Shown here piece after piece: positions 1-13,333 of a DNA stretch of 58,138 bases. This stretch comes from Chiloscyllium plagiosum (taxonomy: Eukaryota): positions 11,971,833-12,029,970 of the forward strand of contig NC_057749.1 of assembly GCF_004010195.1 (NCBI RefSeq), read 5' to 3'. Below the pieces are notes generated by a model. That model was not told the origin of the DNA. It saw nothing but the letters and a program-made list of their open reading frames with translations, and did no database searches. The translations under genes and the position numbers were made by a program. The stretch's first letter is position 1, and every line of letters begins with the position of its first letter.

Positions 1-1012
1 TGGAGGGTTGTTTTTCAGACTGGAGGCCTGTGACCAGTGGAGTGCCACAACGATCGGTGCTGGGCCCTCCAATTTTTGTCATTTACATAAATGATTTGGA
101 TGCGAGCATAAGAGGTACAGTTAGTAAGTTTGCAGATGACACCAAAATTGGAGGTGTAGTGGACAGCGAAGAGAGTTACCTCAGATTACAACAGCATCTG
201 GACCAGATGGGCCAATGGCTGAGAAGTGGCAGATGGAGTTTAATTCAGATAAATGTGAGGTGCTGCATTTTGGGAAAGCAAATTGTAGCAGGACTTATAC
301 ACTTAACGGTAAGATCCTAGGGATGCTGAACAAAGAGACCTTCGATGCAGGTTCATAGCTCCTTGAAAGTGGAGTCGCAGGTAGATAGGATAATGAAGAA
401 GGCATTTGGTATGCTTTCCTTTATTGGTCAGAGTATTGAGTACAGGAGTTGGGAGGTCATGTTGCGGCTGTACAGAACATTGGTTAAGCCACTGTTGGAA
501 TATTGCATGCAATTCTGGTCTCCTTCCGATTGGAAAGATGTTGTGAAACTTGAAAGGGTTCAGAAAAGATTTACAAGGATGTTGCCAGGGTTGGAGGATC
601 TGAGCTACAAGGAGTGGCTGAACAGCTGGGGCTGTTTTCCCTGGAGCGTCGGAGACTGAGGGGTGACCTTAATAGAGGTTTACAAAATTATGAGGGGCAT
701 GGATAGGATAAATAGACAAAGTCTTTTCCCTGGAGTCGGGGAGTCCAGAACTAGAGGGCATAGGTTTACGGTGAGAGGGGAAAGATATAAAAGAGACCTA
801 AGGGGCAATGTTTTCACGCAGAGGGTGGTACGTGTATGGAATGAAGATGTGGTGGAGGAAGGTAAGAGGCATTTGGATGGGTGTGTGAATAGGAGGGTTT
901 GGAGGAATATGGGCCGGGTGCTGGCAGGTGGTACTAGATTGGGTTGGGATATCTGGTCGGCATGGACGGGTTGGACCGAAGGGTCTGTTTCCATGCTGTA
1001 CATCTCTATGAC
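1..1012 (+). mobile_element. CR1-clade LINE (HER1-like), 3' fragment
   Basis: SGVPQ.SVLGP and KFADDTKIGG RT motifs, frameshifts, CTCTATGA-type tail. Confidence 0.9.
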
Positions 1013-4000
1013 CCTAACTTTGGATCACCAGAGAAGGCTAAAGAATTCTTTGACTCTCTTAAATAGACTGTGAGACTTAAACTCTATGGATAATGATTTT
1101 ATTCCCCCCCCCCACCCCGTTTACCCTTTTTGCCTTCTCCATCTGTTTTTGTTCATTACCTTCTCCGGGGGGGGGGGGGCAGGGAGGGGGGGGTTATTTG
1201 CTATTCACACTGTTATTTTTTTATATAGGCCATGCGGCTTATTTGATTTGTATGGGAGGGGGGTTTGTTGTTTTGTCCTACCTCTTTTTTTGAGCGAGGT
1301 TCTTTTCTTCTGTCATCTTACTTAGTTTTCTAATAATTGCTGGGATTGTAACTTTGTAGTTTTATATATTTATATTTTGTATTATGCTTGCTAAATGCAC
1401 CTAGGTGTGGGTGTTGGTTTGGGGGTGGGGGGAGGTAGGTCACTCACTTTCAACTTTGGTTTTATAGAACACTCAAATTTGTCTACTCTATTTTATAATG
1501 CCTGGGCCGAGGGCGGGGCACTAGTTAGGAGAGGTTACAGTGGGGTTACTGACAGGTAGTTATGACCCCTGGGAGCAAGGGGGAAAATCTCCTTTCAAAT
1601 GTGTTTTGTATTGTTTTCTTTACTTAGGAATAGTTTTTAATTGTGTCAGTGTAAATGTCTTAAAGAATGTTTGCTTTTGTGAATTTTCCATGGTCTTTAT
1701 TCAAGGTGTTTTGGGTAGGTTTCTTCCTCCTGGAGGGGTCTCGGGCTTGCCTGGACGATCATGGCTAGCCATTTGCTAAGGCGGTACACCTGGAATATGA
1801 AGGGGAGTAATTCACCAATCAAAAGGAAGAAGATATTATCAAACCTTAAAAAAGAAAGGGTTGAGATAGCTTTCTTACAGGAGATGCATCTACTTGACAA
1901 AGAGCACTTAAAATTACAACAGGGTGGATTTGACCAGGCCTTTTTCTCATCTTTTTGTTCAAAAAATAGGGGAGTAGTCATTCTCATTCATAAGAATCTT
2001 CCTTTCAAAATCTTAAGTCAGATAAAAGATGAATCTGGACGGTATATACTAATTAAAGCCCTAATAAATGGAGAGGTGTATGGGAATTTGAATCTTTATT
2101 GCCCCCCCAGCAAAACCCTTCAAATTTGTAACGGAAGCGTTCTCCAAGTTGATGGCTTTTGGGGCACACTATACAATTATAGGAGGAGATTTTAACTGTA
2201 TTATGGACTCAGAGACAGATAGGATACCCAAGAGCACTATGAGTATATCTCTTAGATCTCGACAATTTGGGGATCTGAATAAGGAGCTATGGCAAGTAGA
2301 TGTGTGGAGGTGCCTTCACTCCCAGGGCAGAGACTTTATTTTCTATTGTAATCCACACAAGTCCATACTATAATTGATATGTTTTTTGCTCCCTCGACCC
2401 TTTTGAATTCCATATTGTCCTGCAAAATAGGTAATATAGCAATCCCTGATCATGCCGCAGTATATATGGAAGTTAAGACTAGGGACAATGGGACAGACCC
2501 CGACATTGGCATGTGGATAGCAAATTTATAAAATATTTTTTTCAGGAATTCAAAACCTCTTTGGAAATTAATTCAGGCACGGCCAGTAACCTGTCGACAA
2601 TGTGGGAGACCATTAAGGCTTATGCACGAGGTTTGATCATCTCATATTCTGTGACCCAGAAAAGACAAAAGGGAGAACAACAGCACCTGCTCGAGGCTCG
2701 CTTGAAGGCAGCTGAGACAACGTATGTTGATAGGTCCTCCATTACTAAGCTACAAAGGATCACAGCCCTTAAGACAGTCTTGAACATTCCACTTACCCAA
2801 ACAGCAAAGAGGGAAATATTATTTGCAAAGCAAAGACTATATGAATATGGTGACAAGTCTGGCAGATACCTAGCATATCTCACTAGGTACAAAAAGGCTC
2901 CTCAAGCTATCATGTCCATTCGGGAAAGTGCTGGTACTCTGACTTGTGATCGTAATAGGATCAATACAGCCTTTAGAAAGTTCTATTTTGAATTGAATAA
3001 ATCGCAGGACTATGGGGATAGAACTCAGAAGATGGAGTCCTTCTTTAAAAACTTGGCCTTTCCGGATTTAACCTCGGAGCGGGTGTCAATCCTGAATGCC
3101 CCCCCCAAAAACCCAGGAAGTACTCAACGCAATTAGACAGCTTCAGAGTGGCAAAGTACCTGGACAAGACGGATTCCAGGTTGAATTTTATGAAGATTTT
3201 ATAGGGGAACTGGCTGGTCCACTTATAGACATGTATAATTACTCACATAGTCAGGGCTGCCTCCCGCCTTCGTTGAGAGAAGCAAATATTTCTCTCACTC
3301 TTAAAAAAAGGAAAGGGCCCAGAAGATTGCTCATCATATCGACCAATATCCTTGCTAAATGTAGATTTAAAATCCTTTCTAAAACATTAGCATTAAGATT
3401 TGAGAGGGTCTTACTATATATCATAAAAGAGGACCAGACTGGGTTTATCAAGGGCTGTAGATCAACTAACAATATTAGAAGGGTCTTAATTACGATACAA
3501 GCCTGTCAACAGGGACGAATACTGGGGTTAGTTGTCTCCTTGGATGCAGAGAAGGCATTTGATTGGGTAGAATGGTCATATCTTTATTACACACTGGAAA
3601 GGTTCGGTGTCAGAGAGGTATTTTCTAAATGGGTCTCAATATTATACAATGACCCTAAAGCAGCCGTGATTACCAATGGTTTGGGTTCAGATAGCTTCAG
3701 TGTGGGTAGGGGCTGTCGTCAGGGATGTCCTCTCACACCTTTATTATTCACACTAATAATCGAACGACTAGCAGAAGCTATACGAACTGACTCTAACATG
3801 GTGGCTCCAAGGGTTGGTTCGGGTAAACATAAAATCACTCTCCATGCAGATGATGTCCTCCTTTTCTTAAGTAATCCTTTGATATCCATGCCCTGCTTAA
3901 TTCAAGTGATTAATCTATTTAGTATGTTCTCAGGCTATAAAATCAATTTAACGAAATCGGAGACCATGCTGTTGGGGGGTCTCGCTAGTGTATCCAATTT

Positions 4001-5861
4001 ATCAGACGGATCTTGCTTTCCCTTTCAGTGGTCACTGGAGGGTTTTCTATACTTAGGCATTTTTATCACCCCAGTATTTGGTCAGCTGTATAACGGCAAT
4101 TTTGTACACCTATAGAGAAAATAAGGCAGGACCTTCAACGCTGGGGAGATCTCCTAATATCCTGGTTAAGCAGAGTAGCTCTAGTTAAACTGAATATTCT
4201 GCCTCATCTCCTATATCCTATGAGAATGCTTTCTCTGATGTTACCGAGACTGGCACTGCGTAAACTACACGGCTGGCTTGGTTCCTTTATTTGGAATCGT
4301 AGACGGCTCCTTATCAAATTAGAAATGCTGCAGCTTCCACAAGCAAGGGGAGGACTGGATTTTCCAGACTTTAGGAGGTATCAGTTGAGTTCTTTATTAT
4401 GCTATGTAGCTGACTGGGTCTCTTGTGACCCGCAATCAATTTGGTTAGACATTGAGACTTCCCCTCATCAATCTTTTATTTTTAGATAAGATGAGAGCTA
4501 TTATGGACCATTGCAAAAACCCTATTGTACTAAATACAATTAAAGCCTGGAGGATAATGCGACAAGATGAGGATAACCTACAAAAAAACCTCTCCTTATA
4601 CTCCTATAGTGGGAGCATCTGGTTTTCAGCCAGGGCTGACAGATGCTGCATTTAAAATCTGGAGGTCCAGAGGTATCTCTTGCTTAGGGAACCTGTTTGA
4701 TGGGGAGGTTATGATGTCTTTTGAGCAATTGCACTAGTTGAACTGCCTAATGGAGACCTTTTTCGGTATTTCCAAATACGAGATTATATACAGAAGAAGA
4801 CCACGTTATTAGACAGTCCTTCCAAATTGGATAGGGAGAGAAGAATGCTGTGGCCAATGGGTCCACCCTCGGTCAGTATTCTTTATCACTCATTATATAA
4901 TGAGATATCGAAAGACAGGAATTGGGGTTTGAAATCCCTCTAGAAATGTGGGAGGATATTTGGGAAAATGCCAGAAAGATCTCTATTTGCAATAGAAGCC
5001 AAGCTATTCAATTAAAGATACTACATAGGGCTCATATAGCACCTGAACGACTGGCAAAATTTAGGGTAGGTACATCCCCAATGTGTCCTCAATGCAAAAT
5101 AGAAGTGGGCACTCTGACGCATTGTTTATGGACACGTCACAAGATCTGTAGATACTAAGACAGAGTAGCAAATGCTCTGACAGAAATCTTGGGAACGGTG
5201 ATTAGATTGGATCCAGTGTCTCTTCTCCTGGCTTTTCATATTTGCCCTTCCTGGATGTGCATGGGAGGAAACTATTTTCCATTCTCTCTTTTTGTGCAAG
5301 GAAAAATATCTTAGTGAATTGGATAGCTGAGGGCCCTCCAGGACTTTCGAAGTGGCACAGGTTAATCATGGAACATATCCACCTTGACTTCCTCACAAAT
5401 ATGGTCCACCAAAAAACTGAATTATTCTATAAAATATGGCAGCCCTTTCTGAACTATATCAATACAGATATTTCAGCCATATTGTCAAGGGCTTTTGTCT
5501 GGCTGTGGTAGTGGCTCTGGCTGGTCCGGGGGCCCTCTGAGGAGGAATCCTGTATAAATACGGGTTTTATTATGACTTGATGTTAATTCATTTTGAGTAA
5601 GTACTTAATTATTTAATTATCCTGTTATTTTTCGCTAGTAATGTAGAATATCCTACTTTATGTTTTGGTTGTTTGTAGGATAGATTAGTTGGGGGTTTTT
5701 TCCATTTTTTTGTGTGTTTTGGTTATTATTGATTTCTTTATATATATATATATATATATTTAATTGTATATTAGTGTTTATACTTGTTTGTATTACTTTG
5801 TAATTTTGTAAAAAGAAGGTTAAAAATGTCCTTATTTTTTCAATAAAAATACCTATTAAAA
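1013..5861 (+). mobile_element. L1-clade LINE: ORF1 C-terminus, ~700-nt spacer, frameshifted ORF2 (1761-5511), T-rich 3'UTR
   Basis: ORF1 end FGSPEKAKEFFDSLK* (stop at 1066). Endonuclease TWNMKG/FLQEMHL/GGDFN. RT LDAEKAFDWVEW, GCRQGCPLTP, LHADD. CPQC...HCLW knuckle. AATAAA at 5842. Confidence 0.92.
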
Positions 5862-5875
5862 TTTTTTTTTTTTAA

Positions 5876-7112
5876 AACTTGGCAAGTCTACTCCTTTTGC
5901 AGGCAGGGTGTTCCCTACTACTCTCTGAATAAAGAAACTACCTCTGGCATCTGTCCTATATCTATCACCCCTCAATTTAAAGCTATGTCCCCTCGTACTG
6001 GCCATCACCATCCGAGGAAAAAGGCTCACACTGCCAACCCTATTGAACCCTCTGATTATCTTGTATGTCTCTATTAAGGCACCTCTCAACCTTCTTCTCT
6101 CTAACAAAAACAGCCTCAAGTCCCTCAGCCTTTCCTCATAAGACCTTCCCTCCATACCAGGCAACATCCTAGTAAATCTCCTCTGAACCCTTTCCAAAGC
6201 TTCCACATTCCTATAATGCGGTGACCACTGTACGCAATACTCCAAGAGTGGCCACACCAGAGCTGCAGCATGACCTCTTGGTTCTGAAACTCGATCCCTC
6301 TATCAATAAAAGCTAACACACCGTATGCCTTCTTAACAACCCTATCAACCTGGGTGACAACTTTCAGGGATCTATGCACTTGGACACAGAGATCTCTCTG
6401 TTCATCTACGCTACCAAGAATCTTACCATTAGCCCAATACTCTTTATTGCTGTTGCTCCTTCCAAAGTGAATCACCTCACACTTGTCCACCTCTCAGCCC
6501 AGCTCTGCACCTTACCTCTGTCCCTCTGTAACCTGCAAAATCTTTCGGCACTATGCACAACTCCACTGACCTTAATTTCATCTGAAAATTTACTAACACA
6601 TTCTTCTACGCCCTCATTCTGGTTATTTTTAAAAGTGACAAATAGCATTGGCCCCAAAGCAGATCCTTGTGGTACACCACTAGTAACTGAACTCCAGGAT
6701 GAACATTTTCCATCAACCACCACCCTGTCTTCTTTCAGCTAGCCAATTTCTGATCCAAACTGCTAAATCACCCTCGATCTCATGCCTCCGTATTTTTGGC
6801 AGTAGCTTACCATAGGGAACCTTATCAAACGTCTTACTGAAATCCATATGCACCATATCAACTGCTTTACCCTCATCCACCTGTTTGGTCACCCTCTCAA
6901 AGAACTCAATAAGGTTTGTGAGGCATGACCTATCCTGACTATCCCTAATTAAATTATTCCTTTCTGGATTATTATAAATCCTCTCTGTTATAACCTTTTC
7001 CAACACTTTACCCACAACCAAAGTAATGCTCACTGGCCTATAATTACCAGGGTGGTCTCTACTCCCCTTCTTGAACAAGTGAACAACATTTGCTATCCTC
7101 CAGTCTTCTGGA
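5876..7112 (-). mobile_element. CR1-clade LINE fragment
   Basis: PGNYRPVS, DFSKTFDKVP and SGVPQGSALGP in minus-strand ORFs. Confidence 0.9.
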
Positions 7113-7282
7113 AGATAAGCAACACTAATCCCCAGTCACAGTTCTTCTTCCTTAGGCAGCACAGGAAATTTGGCATGTCCATAATTTTTATAGATACACC
7201 ATAGAAAGCATACAGTCTGGGTGAACAAAGTTTTTCACTGTACTCAGGTACAGGTGACAATAAATCAGTCAATCAGGAAATG

Positions 7283-7585
7283 GCAGTAAACACAAGATCA
7301 AATCCAGATACTTCATCTTTGCACTAACTCTCCACCAATTACAAGCTAGTGTTCTGTGCAATGTCTGCTGGGAACTGACCAATAAAATAGATTCTCCCAT
7401 TTCCTCTCCTAAAAGTAACAGCTAAGTTGACCACTGCCAATGTGACCCTTAACGAACCCCTCCCTGCAGTTCCACTGACACCTCCCTTAAACTATTCTCT
7501 GTCCCTCAATACACCAAACAACAGCCCCTTCCCTCACCAATACCCCTTGCCCACCCCCACCTTGTCTACTCCAAGGAACTGTCCC
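7283..7585 (+). repeat. Direct repeat, copy A (copy B at 9098-9445)
   Basis: Colinear shared blocks such as CTAACTCTCCACCAATTA, GTTGACCACTGCCAATGTGACCCT and CCCCTCCCTGCAGTTCCACTGA. Confidence 0.85.
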
Positions 7586-7734
7586 TTCCCCAACTGCACT
7601 CCTGTCCACACACTACAACACCCACTTCTCCAAATCCTCACTCAGTGACTCCTCGGACAGTTTCTCCAACAATTAATTATCTCTCCAGATGTGTATCTGA
7701 TCTTCTCAATCCCACGTTGTTTAAATGTCTTTTG

Positions 7735-8195
7735 CTTTTTTTTATTTCAAAAATATACCTTATTCATAAAAAGTCTTTCTATAAAAGATTAGTTACAATA
7801 GCAGTTCAGTTTTGTGTAGTTTTTGTATATGGAGAACTAAACAAACATTGAAGTTTGGCTTTTGACAGCTCTAACAAACCTGAAGGCATTTCTTAATTAT
7901 GCAAGATACTATTTACACATATTGGAACCACCAAAAAGTCCAATAACTGAACTGGTCCCCATTGTACTTTGGCAGAAAGACCTTATATGGTCTTTCCCCA
8001 CTGCGCCTTGGTGGCAGCTGCCCCAAGCTTTCGTGCATCCCTCAGTAAATAATCCTGGACCTTAGAATGCGCCAGTCTGCAACACTAGGTCAAGGCTAAC
8101 TCCTTGCTCTGGAAGACCAAGGGGATTTGGGCGGACCAAAGAACATCTTTCACAGAGGTGATGGTCCTCCAGGCGCAGTTGATGTTCGTCTCAGT
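7735..8195 (-). mobile_element. Tx1/L1-type LINE 3' end
   Basis: Minus strand reads RLAHSKVQDYLLRDARKLGAAATKAQWGKTI*, then AATAAA and an A-rich tail. Confidence 0.7.
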
Positions 8196-8380
8196 ATACT
8201 GATAATAGATCTTGAAAGTCAATTCACCAAGTTCTTCTCAGTTTGACTCCTGACACTGTTTTACTCTGACCCACTGATCCCTCTCCTGGTCACTGATATT
8301 TAATTCATGGTGTCTGTTCATGTTGAGAGAAATCTGTCACATAATTAGAGGTGTCCAGTGTGAATTGCAGCTGTTCTTAC

Positions 8381-8431
8381 CTTTTTGACATCTCTGACCA
8401 GGTAGTGCAGAGTGTTGGGAGGGCCCAGCCT
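8381..8431 (-). CDS. TRPM1: TRPM1-type coding exon 13 (RLGPPNTLHYLVRDVKK); gene continues beyond the window start
   Basis: ttccag|AGG...AAG|gtaaga, 51 bp. Confidence 0.94.
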
Positions 8432-8551
8432 CTGGAAAAAAACATGAAGTCGTTACTTAGTCCTGTTTCAGTGGTTACCCCAGCACCCTCCCCCACCTCA
8501 GTCCAACCATCTTACTCAGCCAATCTCTGTTGAGGGATGATGCTGACTCAC

Positions 8552-8686
8552 CGTGTTGTAAAGCTCCTCTAATCGAGGGATGGTCAGGAAATTGTGGATA
8601 TTTACTCCATTTTCAATCAACAGCTTCACAAAGTCAACACGGTCCAGAACCAGTGCATCGATCATGGCCTGTTCCAGAGAGTTCAC
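8552..8686 (-). CDS. TRPM1: TRPM1-type coding exon 12 ([23 protein letters not shown]...LEELYNT)
   Basis: ctgcag|GTG...ACG|gtgagt, 135 bp; preceded by an 82-bp intron. Confidence 0.96.
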
Positions 8687-8768
8687 CTGCAGTACCAGCA
8701 CAGAGCAGTCAGTACATGGTCATATCAACAGCTGTGAGGCAGGAATGCTACAACAGCTGGATTCTCAC

Positions 8769-8918
8769 CCAGTTCAGCAGCTCCAACTTCCGTGGGTCAC
8801 TCTCCTCTTTCACTTCATCCTTTCCTTTCCTCTTCCCTTTTCCCTTTACTTTAGTTGGCCGCTGTTTTACAGATTTTTTCACTTCCTGAGGGGCGGATCC
8901 AGACCTGCTGCCCATTGG
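8769..8918 (-). CDS. TRPM1: TRPM1-type coding exon 11 (PMGSRSG...KGKGKRKGKDEVKEESDPRKLELLNW)
   Basis: tttcag|CCA...TGG|gtgaga, 150 bp. The lysine-rich insert ending DPRK.ELLNW is characteristic of TRPM1 rather than TRPM3. Confidence 0.93.
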
Positions 8919-9097
8919 CTGAAAACAGAACAAGACAGGGATGTTGGCTGTGAACCAGAGACAGTTTACACACTACAGGATTTAACCAGCACTTCATGTC
9001 AATCCATCAAACCCAGCCAGTTGTTACCTCATAGAATTAGAAAAAATAAATTATTCAAACATTGGACTCATCCCCAGTCAGGTTTTTAAAAGGAGTC

Positions 9098-9445
9098 AGC
9101 AGTAAGCACAAGGTCAAATCCAGACACCAAGGGTCACCAGACACTACACCTTTGCCCTAACTCTCCACCAATTAAAACCCAGAGTTCTGCAATGTCTGCT
9201 AAGGCCTGACCAGTAAAATGAGTCTATATTCCACCTAATTCCCCTGTTTCCTCTCCTGGAAGTAACATCTAGGTTGACCACTGCCAATGTGACCCTCATC
9301 CTAACCCCTCCCTGCAGTTCCACTGATACCTCCACTGCACTATTCTCTGTCCCCTGAATGCACTGAACAGCAGCCCCTTCAGTCACCAATACCCTCACCC
9401 ACCCACACCTTGATTCCCCACCTTGTTTACCCCACGGAACTGTCC
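9098..9445 (+). repeat. Direct repeat, copy B (copy A at 7283-7585)
   Basis: Same blocks as copy A with small indels. Confidence 0.85.
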
Positions 9446-9469
9446 TAACAGCGCTGCCCTACTTGAGCC

Positions 9470-10400
9470 CGTTATCTAAAGCAAGATATATTGACATTGG
9501 AGGCAGTTCAGAGAAGGTTCACTAGACTGAGACCAGACATAGAGGAACTATCTTAAAAACGTTGAGAAAATTGTGCCTGTACTCAATGGATTAAAGAAGA
9601 AGAGGAAACTTTATTGAAACATGCAAGATTCTTACAGGATAGATGTGGAGAGATTGTTTCCCCTTTTGAGAGAGTTTAAGACCAATCGCCATCATCTCAG
9701 AATAAAGGGTCATACGTTTAAGAAAGCTATGTGGAAGAATGTTCTCTAAGAGGGTAATGAATCTGTGAAACTCTTTACTGCAAAGGGCTGTAGGAACAGG
9801 ATTGTTAAGTCTATTTAAGGCTGGGACAGATGGATTTTAATCAGTAAGGGATTCAAGAGTTACAGAGAAAAAGCAGGAAAGTGGAGCTGAGAATTATCAG
9901 ATCAGCAATGATCTCAGTGAACAGTAGAGCAGACATGATGGGTTGAATAGCCTACATCTGCTCCAACATCTAATGGCCCGGTGGAAGGAAAAAGAGGAAC
10001 AAATTTGTAAGGAAATTATACAAAGTTGCAAAAATTAAATGATAAAACAGTCATAATGGAGGGGGGGGGGGGGGTTTAATTATCCAAATATAGATTGGGA
10101 TAGTGGTAGTGTAAACGGAAGAGAGTGGCAACAATTCCCAGAGTGTTTCAGAAGAATTCTGTACCGAGGCAATATGTATCAAGTCTGACAGAAAAGGAAG
10201 CACTGCTACACTGGTTCTTGGGAACAAGGAAGGCTAAGTGGATTAAGTGTCAGTCAAGGAGTATTTAGGGAACAGTGATCTTCTATCACAAGGTTTAGAT
10301 TGAATATAAAAAAAGGACAAAACAAAAACAGAGTAAGAATAATTAGCTGGGAGGAAAGCCAATTTCACTGGGGGTAAAAATGGATCCAAACCAAATAAAC
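9470..10400 (+). mobile_element. Old CR1 fragments (3' end, then an endonuclease-region piece)
   Basis: Degenerate LEAVQRRFTRL and FNYPNIDW motifs. Confidence 0.65.
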
Positions 10401-11120
10401 TGGAGTTAAACAAAAACAGAAATCACTGGAGAAAATTCAGCAGGTCTGACAGCATCTGTGGGAAGAAAGCAGGGTCAAGATTTCGAGTCCGGTGACTTCA
10501 GAACTATTGGTCATTAGGAAAAGCCAGTACTTACGCTGAAACTGAAGTGGGGTAGGCAGAGGAAAAGTTGAACAGATAGGAGGAGATGGAGCCAGGAGAG
10601 AGAGAGAGATATGGAAGGGGCAGGTAAACAAGAAGATATTGAAGACCAAGCTAGGACAGAAAGAAAACTTAATAAGAGATAGTAAGAGCTAAATATGAGA
10701 AAATGGGTTCACTGTGCTAAAAGCTGTCCTGTCCTGCTATCCATTATCTCCTTGTTTGTCTACAATAGAAGAGGTATTTATACTAATTTTTCAGTCTTAG
10801 ACTCAAGGCTGGTGCCAGACAACTGAATAATTGTGAACTGTTACATCCTTGTTCAAAAAAGGGGACAAAGATAAACTTAGCAACTATATTTTTATATTTT
10901 ACTCTTCCTGCATCAAAAGTTCTATCAGAAATCCCACATACACATCCCATCCAACACCTGTCCTGTCCCGTTCCAGGATATAGCCAGATTATCACACAGC
11001 TGTGGCTACATTCCTTACATTCCACAGAACTGCATAGTTTTCTCAGATAGCTATGTGAATCTGTCAATGCCACGAAAGCCCCAAAATCCGTATCAGAAAT
11101 ACAAATCAAAGGAATTGTAC

Positions 11121-11221
11121 CGGCCAATGATTCCCAAAGACAAAAATTTGATTGCGGGCAATATCCACCCTATTCCAGGCCATTGCTAGACTCAGTTGGT
11201 CTGGGGCTGACGCATTTGTAC
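11121..11221 (-). CDS. TRPM1: TRPM1-type coding exon 10 ([34 protein letters not shown])
   Basis: ttccag|GT...CCG|gtacaa, 101 bp; contains WNRVDIAR. Confidence 0.95.
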
Positions 11222-11399
11222 CTGGAATGGAAGAAAAACAAGGCATGAATCAGAATAGGAAAGCCTGGCAGGGTAATCTGTTGTTAGTTCAGTAATCACA
11301 ATCTGATAACAAATGATTCGAGTTCATAACTGTGGTTACAAGTATGATATTTATGAGATGATTATTTTTTGGGGCTGTGTCTTTAAACTTATAGTGGAG

Positions 11400-11975
11400 A
11401 GGTGGACAAGTTAAAAATCACAACATCAGGTTATTGTCCAACAGGTTTATTTAGCAGTACAAGCTTTCAGAGCACTGCTCCTTCATCAGGTAGCTAGTGC
11501 GGCAGGATCATAGGACTCAGAATTTATAGTAAAAGGTCAGAGTGTCATACAACTGATGCGAAGTATTGAACAAACCGAGATTGGTGTTAAATCTGTAATC
11601 ACTTAGAATGGGTTGCAGGTTTCAATTCATTAATGTGTAAATCCCAGAACTTCTTTCAAGTCACATTCCCGAGATAACTAAAGTTTAAACTTTAAACTTA
11701 AATGTTAAGTTATCTCGGGAATGTGACTTGAAAGAAGTTCTGGGATTTACATATTAATGAATTAAAATCTGCAATCCCATTCTAAGTGATTAAAGTCTTA
11801 ACAGCAATCTAGGTTTGTTCAATACATCACATCAGTTGTATGAAACTTTGATCTTTTACTATAAATTCTGTGTCTATGATCCTGCCTCACTAGCTACCTG
11901 ACAAAGGAGCGGCATTCTGAAAGCTTGTACTTCCAAATAAACCTGTTGGACCATAACCTGATGTTGTGTGATGTT
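11400..11975. mobile_element. Palindromic Penelope-derived element with ~260-bp inverted arms
   Basis: 11417-11679 is the reverse complement of 11708-11972. Its terminus GTTAAAAATCACA is shared with the GIY-YIG-bearing element at 49548. Confidence 0.85.
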
Positions 11976-13333
11976 TATCTTTAAACTTAGGGTAAAGTAA
12001 AAGAGGTTGTTTGACCTGTTCTGAAGTCTGACTGATAGGATGTTTGGATGACACACTGATAAAGATTAAATGGAGGCCCAGACTGTTCTGCTGGGAACAA
12101 GGTGCATGGTGTACACCTGGGGAAAACCCAGTATTGGTGCTGGTCAAACCATTAGTTTCCAAAGCCCCAGGAAGGAGTTGAGAATATGGAAAAAAGATCT
12201 CTTCTTCATTGTCCATGTAAGTTCTAAAATAGAAACAAAACAGAAATTGCTGGAAAAATTCAGCAGGTCTGGCAACAGATTGTGTAGAGAAAATAGAGTT
12301 AATGTTTCAAGATCCAGTGACCCTTCTTTTCATGCTTTCAATACTTTTCATTGTATCTCACTACACGTGACAATAATAACTCAAATCTAACCTAATCTTC
12401 AGAACACTTTTGTTTCTGATTTCTAGCATTTGCAGGTTTTTTTTTATTTTGAATTCCAAGATAGACTTGGGTTCTAAATTTTACTTGATCAGTTTTAGTA
12501 TTTGGATACAAAGCCCATGTAATTCCTGTTACAATAGCACTTAACTTTGAGAGGAGAACGTTTCTAAGATACTCCTGAAACTCACACACCTAGTCTTCCA
12601 GAAATTAGGAGAGCAAGCAGCTCGATGTCAAAAACATCAAAAAAATGTTCACTATGTAGGAATGTACTGAGACCTCATGCTTGGATTAAAAACAAGGAAA
12701 ACTCATAAAATGAGACTAGAAACTTTACCTAAAGGGAGGGAAGTTTGTTGTTTTTGTGTTAAAAAGAAAATGGGCACATGGGTTGGGAGATGGAGATCAA
12801 TTTCAGACTGTAAAGTTGCTTACAAAAGTAGCCTTTAGTCAATAGTCCTTTTAATTAGATTAAAATCTAAAAATGTAAAATCTTAGGTGGAAACTCAATA
12901 ATTCCTGAAGACCATGTGAAATCTTGTTGTGCTGCCTTTTCAGCTATTACCTGAAGGTTCAAATTTATTTTTTAAAGGTTATTCGTCTCTACGATACCAT
13001 AAAACAAATCTCACTTCCCTTGGTATCTTAAAAACTCAGATTTTCCCATGTTCACCAATTGCTCCCAGTGCACTTAATGCAAGATGGTAAGATAAACAAT
13101 CCAGTCACTGAGAGGATTAAACAAGAGTAAATTACAAGTAAATTCCAAAAACACAGATGGGCTATGAAAGAAAATTGAACCAGCTCTTTTGGGATTTATT
13201 TATTTATTAGGATATAATAAGCATTTCATCTGGAGATTGGGGGGGAGGGTGCATGAGAACAATTCTGATTACATCGATTTTAACACAGTTGAAGATAACA
13301 ACAGGAGGAAATTCAGCAGAAGATGAGAGTAAG

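Noticed and set aside
1761..5511. Active L1 ORF2
   Set aside because: Multiple frameshifts and stops, and YADD is changed to HADD.
1..8380. Next TRPM1 exon (NLPPDY.ISLIDIGLV)
   Set aside because: Not found by eye; the interval is largely filled by LINEs, so the exon probably lies outside the window.
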